DNA of 22,237 nucleotides. It comes from Candidatus Hermodarchaeota archaeon (GTDB lineage Archaea > Asgardarchaeota > Lokiarchaeia > Sigyniarchaeales > SOKP01). The DNA is taken from NCBI GenBank assembly GCA_048885535.1, contig JBHLLO010000048.1, positions 1 to 22,237 of the forward strand. Reading direction: 5' to 3'. Positions 1 to 8,276 of this stretch are shown here, piece after piece. A program made the translations under genes and the position numbers. Within the stretch, counting starts at the first letter, position 1. Every line of letters starts with the position of its first letter. The notes under the pieces are model-generated. The model was not told the origin of the DNA and searched no databases. It worked only from the letters and a program-made list of their open reading frames with translations.

Positions 1-1004
1 TATACTTTTTTACCATTTGGAAAAGTTATTTCTTCGACATCCTTTCGAATAGGTTTTATCTCTCTAGCATATTCATAAATCTCCTTGGTTGGGATCTCTA
101 TATCGAAATGTCCAAGATTGCCGAGAATAATACCATCTTTCATTTTATCAAACATTTCTTTGGTTGGAGCGATAACATGTTTACATCCAGTAGCGGTTAA
201 TATTATGTCTGCGTAAGGTAAGGTCTTTTCAATTGGCATCACATTATATCCTGCGAATTTTGCTTGTAATGCTTTTATTGAATCTACTTCAGTTATGGTA
301 ACATTTGCTCCTAAACCTTTCGCTCTTAAAGCCATTCCTGAGGAACAGTGCCCAAAACCCGCAATAACTACATTTTTTCCAGCGAATAGGATATGCATTC
401 CATAAATTGCCGATATAATACCTTGACCTGTGCCTAACTCATTATCAAATTGATTTTTACATCTAGCGTCATTAACAGGGAATAAAGGTACTTTCAATAC
501 ACCTTGTTTGTCCATTGCCTTGAACCTCTTTACGCCAGTTGTAGTTTCTTCTTGGCATCCAATAATAATTCCTTTCTCAATTAATTCAGGAAACTCTTTA
601 TGTGCTGTGACAATCATATCTGCTCCATCATCTATTAAAATATTTGGTTTTGCGTTTAAGCACTGCCTTATACACCAATAAAATTCTTCATCTGTATTTC
701 CATGCCATGCAAATACATTAATCCCTTCTTGCACTAATGCTGCTGCTACATCATCTTGGGTTGATAATGGATTACTACCGCATAGGTATACTTCAGCTCC
801 GCCAGCTTTAAGTGTTCTAGCAAGATTACCCGTTTCCTTTGTCACATGCAAACAGCCGGCGATAATAATTCCTTCTAAAGGTTTTTCTCTTTGAAATCTT
901 TCACGAATTACTTTAGCAGTAACAGGCATTTTACTTTCTGCTATGTATAGGGCTTCCATTCCTTGAGCGGCTAAACTTTCATCTGCTACTTTATAATTTA
1001 CCAT
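1..1004 (-). CDS. ahcY: Adenosylhomocysteinase (SAH hydrolase), 3' end runs off the window
   Basis: Not in ORF track; manual translation from ATG at 1004: MVNYKVADESLAAQG...EKPLEGIIIAGCLHVTKETGNL...CGSNPLSTQDDVAAAL...IDDGADMI...GCQEETTTGVKR...PVNDARCKNQFDNELGTGQG...VAGFGHCSSG. These are diagnostic AdoHcyase motifs. Confidence 0.97.
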   Translation of the reverse strand, partial: MVNYKVADESLAAQGMEALYIAESKMPVTAKVIRERFQREKPLEGIIIAGCLHVTKETGNLARTLKAGGAEVYLCGSNPLSTQDDVAAALVQEGINVFAWHGNTDEEFYWCIRQCLNAKPNILIDDGADMIVTAHKEFPELIEKGIIIGCQEETTTGVKRFKAMDKQGVLKVPLFPVNDARCKNQFDNELGTGQGIISAIYGMHILFAGKNVVIAGFGHCSSGMALRAKGLGANVTITEVDSIKALQAKFAGYNVMPIEKTLPYADIILTATGCKHVIAPTKEMFDKMKDGIILGNLGHFDIEIPTKEIYEYAREIKPIRKDVEEITFPNGKKV

Positions 1005-1078
1005 TTTAGTCACTTTTTTTTGAGTATGAATATTAATTTTGATTAATTAATAAACCTTTTTTTGGTTAAATGCAAATA

Positions 1079-1133
1079 TTTATAAGAAGAATTTTACATT
1101 TGATTAATAATGATCACCAAATTTTGTAAAATT
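1079..1133. promoter_or_regulatory. Putative TATA box (TTTATAA 1079-1085) and inverted repeat (AATTTTACA 1090-1098 / TGTAAAATT 1125-1133) in the ahcY / regulator divergent promoter region
   Basis: Motifs read directly; function inferred from position only, and the background is very AT-rich. Confidence 0.3.
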
Positions 1134-1141
1134 GTAAAAAT

Positions 1142-2428
1142 ATGAACATTATTAAGGAAGAGAAAGAAGTCCAAAACTTCGTAAAAAATTTAAATGGAAA
1201 GACAAAGTTCATCGTGACACAAAATTCCCATGCGCTAGGACTTTCTAGACAAACATTTCAGAACAAACTTGATGGTTTGAGAGAACAAAAAATAATCACA
1301 AATTTCACAATAAACATTAATCCAAATATTCAACCCCACAACTTGAAATATGTAATGCTTGAAATTAAGACTAATCCAAAAGAACCTGAGCTGGTTAAGG
1401 AATTATTAAAAATACCCCAATTAAGAATGCTGGATGGAATAATTGGAGATTTTTCTTTATTCTCCCTATTTATCTTTAAATCCCCTGAGGAATATTTTCA
1501 GATATTAAATACTATAGATAATATAATGGCAAAATCATATTTTAAAAAATATCAAATAATTGAAACTATTAAAGTATATAAGACAAATGGAATTAGCCTA
1601 AGAAAATCTAAATTGTCTTATGAAGAAGATCTCATGGATAATTTAAAAGATATGTTTCATAAACATGAGATTGATGAAAGTGAGAAGATTATTGTTAACA
1701 TACCTGAAAAGATTGATTTAGATCAAATTGACCAACAGATTCAGGATATTGAGTATAATCCTAAGAGATTTCCAGGACTTATTATAAAAGTTGAAAATAG
1801 TAGCGTAAAAATTATGATTTTCTCAAATGGTAAAATAATTATTACTGGTTTGAAGAATATAGCAAATAAAAATCAAATAATCAATAAAATAATTGAAAGT
1901 ATAAAAAAAACTGGGATAAAATTAGATAAGGAAAATTTTGAAGAAAATTATGAAATTGATAATATTGATTATATGATTTTAATTATTTTGCGAGATAATC
2001 AAGGTCCTAAACCAATATCCACGTATGAAATAAGAAAAATACTTAAAGATCAATATAATAAAGAAATTTCTCAGTCAACTATTCATAATAGAATAAAAAA
2101 GCTTGAAAAAAATGGAGTCATTTTAAATTATGCGATCAATTTTTGTCCAAAAAAAATCGGTTTTAAAGGAAAATATCTACTCCGGATTAAACCCAAAGAT
2201 CCATCAAAATATAATGAACTCGCCCTTCAACTGGATATGAATAAAAATATTACACATTTATTTAGAATAGGTGAGCAATTTGGTTTATTTGCTATTGTAA
2301 GAGTAAAAAAAATTGAGGAATATGCTAATTTTATTAAGGGTTTATACACTTCAGAAGAAATTGAAGATACGTTTACAAATTTCGTATTAGACGAATTAAT
2401 TCCCTTTAATAATTTTGTATTGTATTGA
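1142..2428 (+). CDS. Tandem Lrp/AsnC-family regulator (HTH-RAM x2) with an inserted single TBP-fold repeat
   Basis: N-terminal HTH (SHALGLSRQTFQNKLDGLREQKIITNFTINI) plus RAM domain (GIIGDFSLF); central TBP repeat (IDLDQI...EYNPKRFPGLIIKV...IMIFSNGKIIITGLK); second HTH (ISQSTIHNRIKKLEKNGVILNYAI) plus RAM domain. Confidence 0.85.
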   Translation: MNIIKEEKEVQNFVKNLNGKTKFIVTQNSHALGLSRQTFQNKLDGLREQKIITNFTININPNIQPHNLKYVMLEIKTNPKEPELVKELLKIPQLRMLDGIIGDFSLFSLFIFKSPEEYFQILNTIDNIMAKSYFKKYQIIETIKVYKTNGISLRKSKLSYEEDLMDNLKDMFHKHEIDESEKIIVNIPEKIDLDQIDQQIQDIEYNPKRFPGLIIKVENSSVKIMIFSNGKIIITGLKNIANKNQIINKIIESIKKTGIKLDKENFEENYEIDNIDYMILIILRDNQGPKPISTYEIRKILKDQYNKEISQSTIHNRIKKLEKNGVILNYAINFCPKKIGFKGKYLLRIKPKDPSKYNELALQLDMNKNITHLFRIGEQFGLFAIVRVKKIEEYANFIKGLYTSEEIEDTFTNFVLDELIPFNNFVLY

Positions 2429-2526
2429 ATTTTCAAAAAGACAAATAAAATTACTTTATCCTTATCCTAATGATAGAAAAAAATATTAATTTAATTACTT
2501 TAGAATCATTTCTTTATTTGTACATT

Positions 2527-4605
2527 ATGAGTCATTTTTATGAGATACTAAATAAAAAGATAGGTTTCTCTAGAATAGGGAGAATCATTTTATCAAAGGA
2601 ATCTAAAAAGTATATCAAGACACCTAATATCATCATTCCCATGCAAAATTTTTTGATGAAGGATGTAAATTATTTAGATGAATTTGAGGATCATGAAATT
2701 TTTATAATATCAAAGGAAGTTTTTCTAAAAATAGGGTTCTTAAGAGATAAATTTAGAAATACAGCTTTTATTTTCACCCATACTGGTACCTTAGATGCAT
2801 TTATAGAAATTTTAGAGAATAACCTTAATGTTTTTTCAAAAGATAATATTATACTTCTCATTCCATTTAATATCCCCACAACTATTATCAATGAAGCTTT
2901 TGCGGGAGATGAGATTGAAAATTACCTTAAACAAGTCAATAATCTACTGAAAAAACATCAAGATTTCAATTTTGGGTTAACTATTAGGAATTTTGATTAT
3001 CCAAGATTATTTGATCTATATAAAAAGTTGATAAAAGAAAATGATAATATTAAATTATTAAATTTAACTGATTTTTTCGATGCTAATATTGATTTTAGGA
3101 AGATTTTGGAAATTATTTTTGATATCAAGCAAAATCTTGATAATAATTTAGTTTTAATGGCTTCAGGACGAATTATCCCTAAATATTTTCCTATTTTAAT
3201 TTATCTTGGTATTGATCTTATTGACAGTTCTTACTTATTATATTTATCTTCCGAAAATTTTTATGATACAATAGAATATTTATATCCTATTTATAAGGTA
3301 AAACATTTTCCATGCTCCTGCCTTGCCTGTAAAGAAAAGTTAAAAAACTTACAAATCATAAAGTATTCAAATGAAAAACTAGAGTATTTATGTTTACATA
3401 ATTTAATAACCGCAAAAAATTATATGAATAAAATAAAACAATACTTGAAAGCAGACGATTTTCGAGCATTTGTAGAAAAATCTTCATTTGATGACATTCT
3501 TGTTGTTTCTATTCTAAAAATATTAGATCGCCAATATTTTCATTTAATTAGGTTTGAAACCCCGATAGCGGATTCTTTTCCAATTATTAGATGTTTTGGA
3601 GCCTCCTCTTATTATAGACCAGACTTTCAACAATTTAGAGAAAGAGTAATCAGATATTTCTTACCTGAAGCATGGACAAAACTGATTATAATTTTTCCTT
3701 GCTCATCAAGAAAACCTTATTCTAAATCAAAATCTCATAAAAAATTCCATAGTATTTTAAGAAAATTTTCAGATTTTCCTGAGTTTCAAGAAATAATTCT
3801 AACTTCTCCCCTCGGTGCTATTCCAAGACAACTTGAAAATATATATCCTGTAAATTCATATGATATATCTGTGACTGGGTTTTGGGATAAAGAAGAGATT
3901 GATTTAGCATCTGAAATGTTAGTAGAAATTCTAAGTAAATATAATAAGGATATTCCAATTATTTGCCATGCAAAAGGTGAGGGATATAAAGAAATTATTT
4001 TAAAAGCTAAATCCCAATTGCCCCATGAATTTTATTTTACAAATACTAATAAAAGTCTTATAAGTTCTAGTTCATTAAAGTCTCTTGAAGACTGTGTTAG
4101 AAACCTTAAAAGCAAACTAAAATTAGAAAGTGAAGAAAAAATACTCTCTTTCTCAAAATCTTGGATCCGAAAACTAATTAAAATTGCGGATTATCAACTT
4201 GGAGCAGATGTGGGTACAAAATTCTTTTCTGAAAACATAAAAGTTAGAAGAAATAAACTTAGTGGAAATTTTCATATTATTGACGTTGAACAAAAAAAAA
4301 TAATTGGCAAATTTTTACTTCATACTGGTCAAATTGAATTTACATTATATGGTGCTCAATCATTATTGGAAATTAATAATAAATCTAATATTTTAGTGTT
4401 TAATGGAGAAACAATAAAAGGAAATACACTTTTTAGGCCAGGAATTATTGAATTTAGTCCCAATCTTATTCCTAATAATTATGTTTTTATATTAGACAAA
4501 ACTAAGAAAAAGGTTATTGGACTTGCAAAATTAATCGTAGGTTCAAATTATTTAAAAAACTCAAAAAGCGGTAGGATTGCTATAGTTTATGATAAAGTCA
4601 GGTAA
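2527..4605 (+). CDS. arcS: Archaeosine synthase subunit alpha (TGT-like barrel, Zn site, C-terminal PUA)
   Basis: TGT-like N-terminus (SRIGRI...KTPNII), CSCLAC...LHN Zn motif, PCSSRKPYSKSKSH and LTSPLGAIPRQLE...YD motifs, PUA-like C-terminus. Start placed at ATG 2527 (MSHFYEIL) rather than 2470. Overlaps raSEA. Confidence 0.9.
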   Translation: MSHFYEILNKKIGFSRIGRIILSKESKKYIKTPNIIIPMQNFLMKDVNYLDEFEDHEIFIISKEVFLKIGFLRDKFRNTAFIFTHTGTLDAFIEILENNLNVFSKDNIILLIPFNIPTTIINEAFAGDEIENYLKQVNNLLKKHQDFNFGLTIRNFDYPRLFDLYKKLIKENDNIKLLNLTDFFDANIDFRKILEIIFDIKQNLDNNLVLMASGRIIPKYFPILIYLGIDLIDSSYLLYLSSENFYDTIEYLYPIYKVKHFPCSCLACKEKLKNLQIIKYSNEKLEYLCLHNLITAKNYMNKIKQYLKADDFRAFVEKSSFDDILVVSILKILDRQYFHLIRFETPIADSFPIIRCFGASSYYRPDFQQFRERVIRYFLPEAWTKLIIIFPCSSRKPYSKSKSHKKFHSILRKFSDFPEFQEIILTSPLGAIPRQLENIYPVNSYDISVTGFWDKEEIDLASEMLVEILSKYNKDIPIICHAKGEGYKEIILKAKSQLPHEFYFTNTNKSLISSSSLKSLEDCVRNLKSKLKLESEEKILSFSKSWIRKLIKIADYQLGADVGTKFFSENIKVRRNKLSGNFHIIDVEQKKIIGKFLLHTGQIEFTLYGAQSLLEINNKSNILVFNGETIKGNTLFRPGIIEFSPNLIPNNYVFILDKTKKKVIGLAKLIVGSNYLKNSKSGRIAIVYDKVR

Positions 4606-5677
4606 AAATTGTTCATTAGTTACTAAATTAAAGGAGTTAAGAAATAAAGCCACTTCAAATAGAAAAAGTTTTACTGAAGAACAATTAAATAAGCCAATTA
4701 CTTTTTGGATAAAAAATGATCGCCTTTTAAATGACCGGGGGAAAGAATTTACGATCATCTTGAGGACGAAAGGTTGTAGCTGGGCTCTTAGTGATAGTGG
4801 AGGATGCTCAATGTGTGGATATATCAATGATTCTAGTTTGAATCAATTAACTGATGAAAATCTCATGAATCAAGTTGATTATGCATTTCAATCAAGTGAA
4901 ATTAGAGCTAAGAAAGATAATTATATACTTAAAATTTTTAATTCTGGAAGTTTCTTTGATGAGAGTGAAATTTCTGAGGAAGTGAGGAATTACATTTATC
5001 AAAAAGTGTTGGGCTGTGATAATATAAAGGAATTTGTCATAGAATCTCGGATTGAGCACATAACAAAGAAAAAAATAGCATCTTTAAAAGAACAATTAAA
5101 TAATAAGTATATTGAATTAGCATTTGGTCTTGAAACAGTTGATGATTATATTAGAAACGTATATATTAATAAAGGAATGCTATTTGAGGATTTTAAAAAA
5201 GTTATAGGAATTACTAAAAATAGTGGAATAGGCGTCAGGACATATTTACTATTTAAACCTCCTTTTTTAAATGAGCAAGGAGCAATAGATGATTGTGTAA
5301 AATCTATTATTACATTAAATAATTTGGGAATAGATACCATATCAATTAACCCATTAAATATTCAAAAAGGGACTCTTGTGGAATATTTATGGTATCAAAA
5401 CCGCTATAGGCCCCCTTGGTTCTATTCTCTATTTAAAAGCTTAAGAAAAGTATATAATTTAAGTAAAAATTTAAAAATTCCTCGAATAATTTCAGATCCT
5501 ACTGGCGCGGGTACTAAAAGAGGGATTCATAATTGTTTAAAAAGAGATTGTAATCAGAAAATGTTAGGTGTTCTCCGAGATTTTGTATTATCCCAAGATT
5601 TCGCGTATCTAAATAACATGGATCGTCAAAATTGTGAGTGCTTATTAAAATATCGCCTTCAAAAAAAATACCATTAA
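4589..5677 (+). CDS. raSEA: Archaeosine biosynthesis radical SAM enzyme RaSEA (TIGR01210-type)
   Basis: ILRTKGCSWALSDSGGCSMCGY extended Cys motif, KIFNSGSFFD, IESR, GLET, YLLFKPPFL, YRPPW; overlaps arcS. Confidence 0.92.
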   Translation: MIKSGKNCSLVTKLKELRNKATSNRKSFTEEQLNKPITFWIKNDRLLNDRGKEFTIILRTKGCSWALSDSGGCSMCGYINDSSLNQLTDENLMNQVDYAFQSSEIRAKKDNYILKIFNSGSFFDESEISEEVRNYIYQKVLGCDNIKEFVIESRIEHITKKKIASLKEQLNNKYIELAFGLETVDDYIRNVYINKGMLFEDFKKVIGITKNSGIGVRTYLLFKPPFLNEQGAIDDCVKSIITLNNLGIDTISINPLNIQKGTLVEYLWYQNRYRPPWFYSLFKSLRKVYNLSKNLKIPRIISDPTGAGTKRGIHNCLKRDCNQKMLGVLRDFVLSQDFAYLNNMDRQNCECLLKYRLQKKYH

Positions 5678-5859
5678 ATGATTTTGTTTTTCCTAAATTG
5701 CAAGTATTTAAAACTCATTTGTGCCTTTCAAAATAGCTTTCAAAAAGATTGTTTCAAATTTTCATACCATTTTTGTAAAATTTCACCCCAAAAAGATTAT
5801 ATTTAAATATTGCCTTTCAATTTTCTACTCTATATTTTATTAATTAATTAGGGTAAACC

Positions 5860-6108
5860 TTGAAAAACTGGATTAAGCTAAACCTACTCCATCTCGGAAA
5901 ATCTAAGAAGCATTATATTTTCAGAGCTAAAAAATGGAATAAAAATTTTGAAATAATATTTCATAAACCTATTTACAATGAAAGTTATGAAAAGATTGGT
6001 ATTATCAATGAAATTTTTGGTCCTATCAAATTACCATTTATCTCTATAACAGCTTCACCTAATCAACATTTTAGTTTAGAAAGTCAATTCTATATTAAAA
6101 TCCGTTAA
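5860..6108 (+). CDS. gar1: H/ACA RNP protein Gar1 (Gar1/Naf1 family)
   Basis: KIGIINEIFGPIKLPFISI matches the archaeal Gar1 signature (GxVxDxFGPVxxPY); directly upstream of tfb, a common archaeal synteny; TTG start. Confidence 0.8.
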   Translation: MKNWIKLNLLHLGKSKKHYIFRAKKWNKNFEIIFHKPIYNESYEKIGIINEIFGPIKLPFISITASPNQHFSLESQFYIKIR

Positions 6109-6188
6109 AAAGTTCTCGGAATTTTAAAAATTCAAAATTTCAAAGGGTGTAAAATATTTCGAGTTTAAATCAACTAAATAATAAGCAG

Positions 6189-7106
6189 ATGAACGATGAT
6201 GCGGAGATTTGTACCGAATGTGGGAAAAACATTGTAAAAAGTGCTGATTCTTTGTTGGTTTGTGAAGAATGTGGTTTGGTTCATTCAGAAAGTCATATTG
6301 ATCGTGGTCCTGAATGGAGAGCATTCGATGCTGATCAAAAGAAAAAAAGAACTCGAACTGGAGCACCTATGACTTACATGATCCATGATAAGGGCTTAAG
6401 TACGATGATTGATTGGAAGAATAGAGATATTTTTGGTAAGGAGATTCCTGCTAAATCGAGGGGCCAAATTTATAGATTACGCAAATGGCAGAGTAGAATA
6501 AGAGTATCAGATGCAACAGAAAGAAATTTAACTTTTGCTTTAAGTGAGTTAGATCGGATGGCTTCTAATTTAGATTTACCTAAAAATCTTCGTGAATGTT
6601 CTGCAAAAATATATCGAGATGCAGTCGATGCCCATCTTATAAGAGGAAGGAGTATTGAGGGTGTGGCTGCTGCTAGTTTATATGCAGCATGTAGAATGTA
6701 TAAAATTCCCAGAACCTTGAATGAGATTGCTGAAGTAGCGCGAGTAGATAAAAAAGAAATCGGTAGATCCTTCCGTTTTATATCAAATGAATTGCTCCTT
6801 AACTTAAATCCAACAAAGCCTCTTGATTTTCTCACAAGATTTATATCTGAACTAAAACTTAGTCAGGAATGCCAAAAAGTAGCGAAAAAAATCATAAAAA
6901 TGGCAGAAGCCTATGGATTAACTTCAGGTAGAGGGCCCACGGGAGTTTGTGCTGCAGCTATATATGCAGCAAGTATATTAACTAAGGAAAGGAGAACTCA
7001 AAGAAAAATAGCAAATATAAGTCAAGTTACCGAGGTTACAGTTAGGAATAGATTTTCAGAATTAATAGAAAATTTAGATTTAGGTATTTCAATGAAAAAG
7101 AAATAA
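6189..7106 (+). CDS. tfb: Transcription initiation factor IIB (TFB)
   Basis: Zn ribbon CTECG...CEECG, B-reader [16 protein letters not shown], two cyclin repeats ([24 protein letters not shown]). May start at the in-frame ATT at 6156. Confidence 0.98.
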   Translation: MNDDAEICTECGKNIVKSADSLLVCEECGLVHSESHIDRGPEWRAFDADQKKKRTRTGAPMTYMIHDKGLSTMIDWKNRDIFGKEIPAKSRGQIYRLRKWQSRIRVSDATERNLTFALSELDRMASNLDLPKNLRECSAKIYRDAVDAHLIRGRSIEGVAAASLYAACRMYKIPRTLNEIAEVARVDKKEIGRSFRFISNELLLNLNPTKPLDFLTRFISELKLSQECQKVAKKIIKMAEAYGLTSGRGPTGVCAAAIYAASILTKERRTQRKIANISQVTEVTVRNRFSELIENLDLGISMKKK

Positions 7107-7228
7107 ATTCGATTTTAATTCTCTTGTATGTGTTTTAATTAAGAATGTTATCTCAATATTACAACCATTAAAGTTTGCTTTTTTTCAATTTTAAAATATC
7201 GGTTGTATATTGTGGATAGGTTACGATT

Positions 7229-7580
7229 TATGAAAATGGAGAAGACTAGGTTGATTAACCAGGGTGAGGTTAATTATTTTCTTCATAGAGTAAGAAGACA
7301 TTTTCCTAATTTTGTAGCAGGAGTTATTACAGATCGGAATGGTTTTCCTATTGGTTCAAGTATCTCAAATAGATTATGGGTCCACGAAAATACTTTAGCT
7401 ATATGGGCAATATCAAAAAATAAGGAGAGAGTAATAAAAGATCCAAACCTAGTTCAATTAAAGTTTGATATTGATAAAAATAAGAGATATAAACTATTTA
7501 TATTATTAGAGAAATCAAAGACTTATAAAAATGGAATAAAACCGCTAAAAGAAATTATTAAAACACAAGAACTATTCTAA
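7229..7580 (+). CDS. Hypothetical protein, probable divergent roadblock/LC7-like fold
   Basis: Helix followed by FVAGVITDRNGFPIGSS resembles the roadblock beta-hairpin motif; adjacent to a clear roadblock gene; start uncertain (7203/7229/7235). Confidence 0.5.
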
Positions 7581-7801
7581 ACCATTTCAACTATTGTTTT
7601 TTATTAAACGAAGTTTATTTGTATCCTAAGACGGATTAAAAATAAAGGAATTAAATTTTTATAGAATTAGTTTTATTTTTATTCATAAGTAATAATAAAG
7701 AATGAATTTGGGTTATTTAAAAGAATTTTATGCAAATACGTGTTGAAATCAATTTGGCAAAATTATGATGTCAAATTTAAATAATACTGAGGTAAAAGCT
7801 A

Positions 7802-8272
7802 TTGAGTTATTCTCAAGATGAGATGGAGTTAAAGAAAATTATACGTGATATAATCAATAGCACACCTGGTTTAAAAAATGTTATTCTTATTGATGATACA
7901 GGCATCACAATAATGAATGAAGCTAAATTTACTTTTTTAAACGAGGATGATATTTCAGTTGAGAAGATTGGTGCAATTGGTGGAGCTGTTTTTACAGCAG
8001 GAGAAGAACAAGGGCATATATTAGGATATGGAGAAATTAAACTTCAAATAACAGAATATTTTAAGGGTATGATTTTTTCTGTAAAAGTTGGCAAAGGAAT
8101 TCTCTGTATTGCTTCAGATAAGAATGTACAAATAGGGTTTGTACGTGCAATCATGAAAAAATATGCTCCTAAAATTACCCAAATTTTGGATCGCTACTTA
8201 AAATCCGATCAAGGCGAAATCAGCAAAGAATTAAAGGAGTTATTTAATTCAGATACCATTAGTTTATTATAA
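7802..8272 (+). CDS. Roadblock/LC7 (MglB/LAMTOR2-like) domain protein
   Basis: PGLKNVILIDDTGITI...EKIGAIGGAVFTAGEEQGHILGYGEIKLQITEYFKGMIF...NVQIGFVR is a typical roadblock pattern; TTG start after GAGGT SD-like motif. Confidence 0.88.
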   Translation: MSYSQDEMELKKIIRDIINSTPGLKNVILIDDTGITIMNEAKFTFLNEDDISVEKIGAIGGAVFTAGEEQGHILGYGEIKLQITEYFKGMIFSVKVGKGILCIASDKNVQIGFVRAIMKKYAPKITQILDRYLKSDQGEISKELKELFNSDTISLL

Positions 8273-8276
8273 TTAA

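Noticed and set aside
1142-2428. Siroheme decarboxylase (AhbA/B, NirDL), which also has tandem Lrp-like folds
   Set aside because: No clear HxYxR motif and no heme-biosynthesis genes nearby; a regulator is the more parsimonious call.
1142-2428. Canonical TBP gene or frameshift-fused neighbouring genes
   Set aside because: Only one TBP repeat is present, and it sits in frame between two Lrp units in a continuous ORF.
5720-5825. Degenerate CRISPR array (CTTTCAA-like repeat starts)
   Set aside because: Units are only 6-10 bp with 12-14 bp spacing; no repeat-spacer periodicity and no cas genes.
2227-6835. Small antisense ORFs 2227-2436, 2691-2891, 4561-4827, 5146-5340, 6124-6366, 6470-6835
   Set aside because: Shadow frames opposite well-supported genes, with no motifs.
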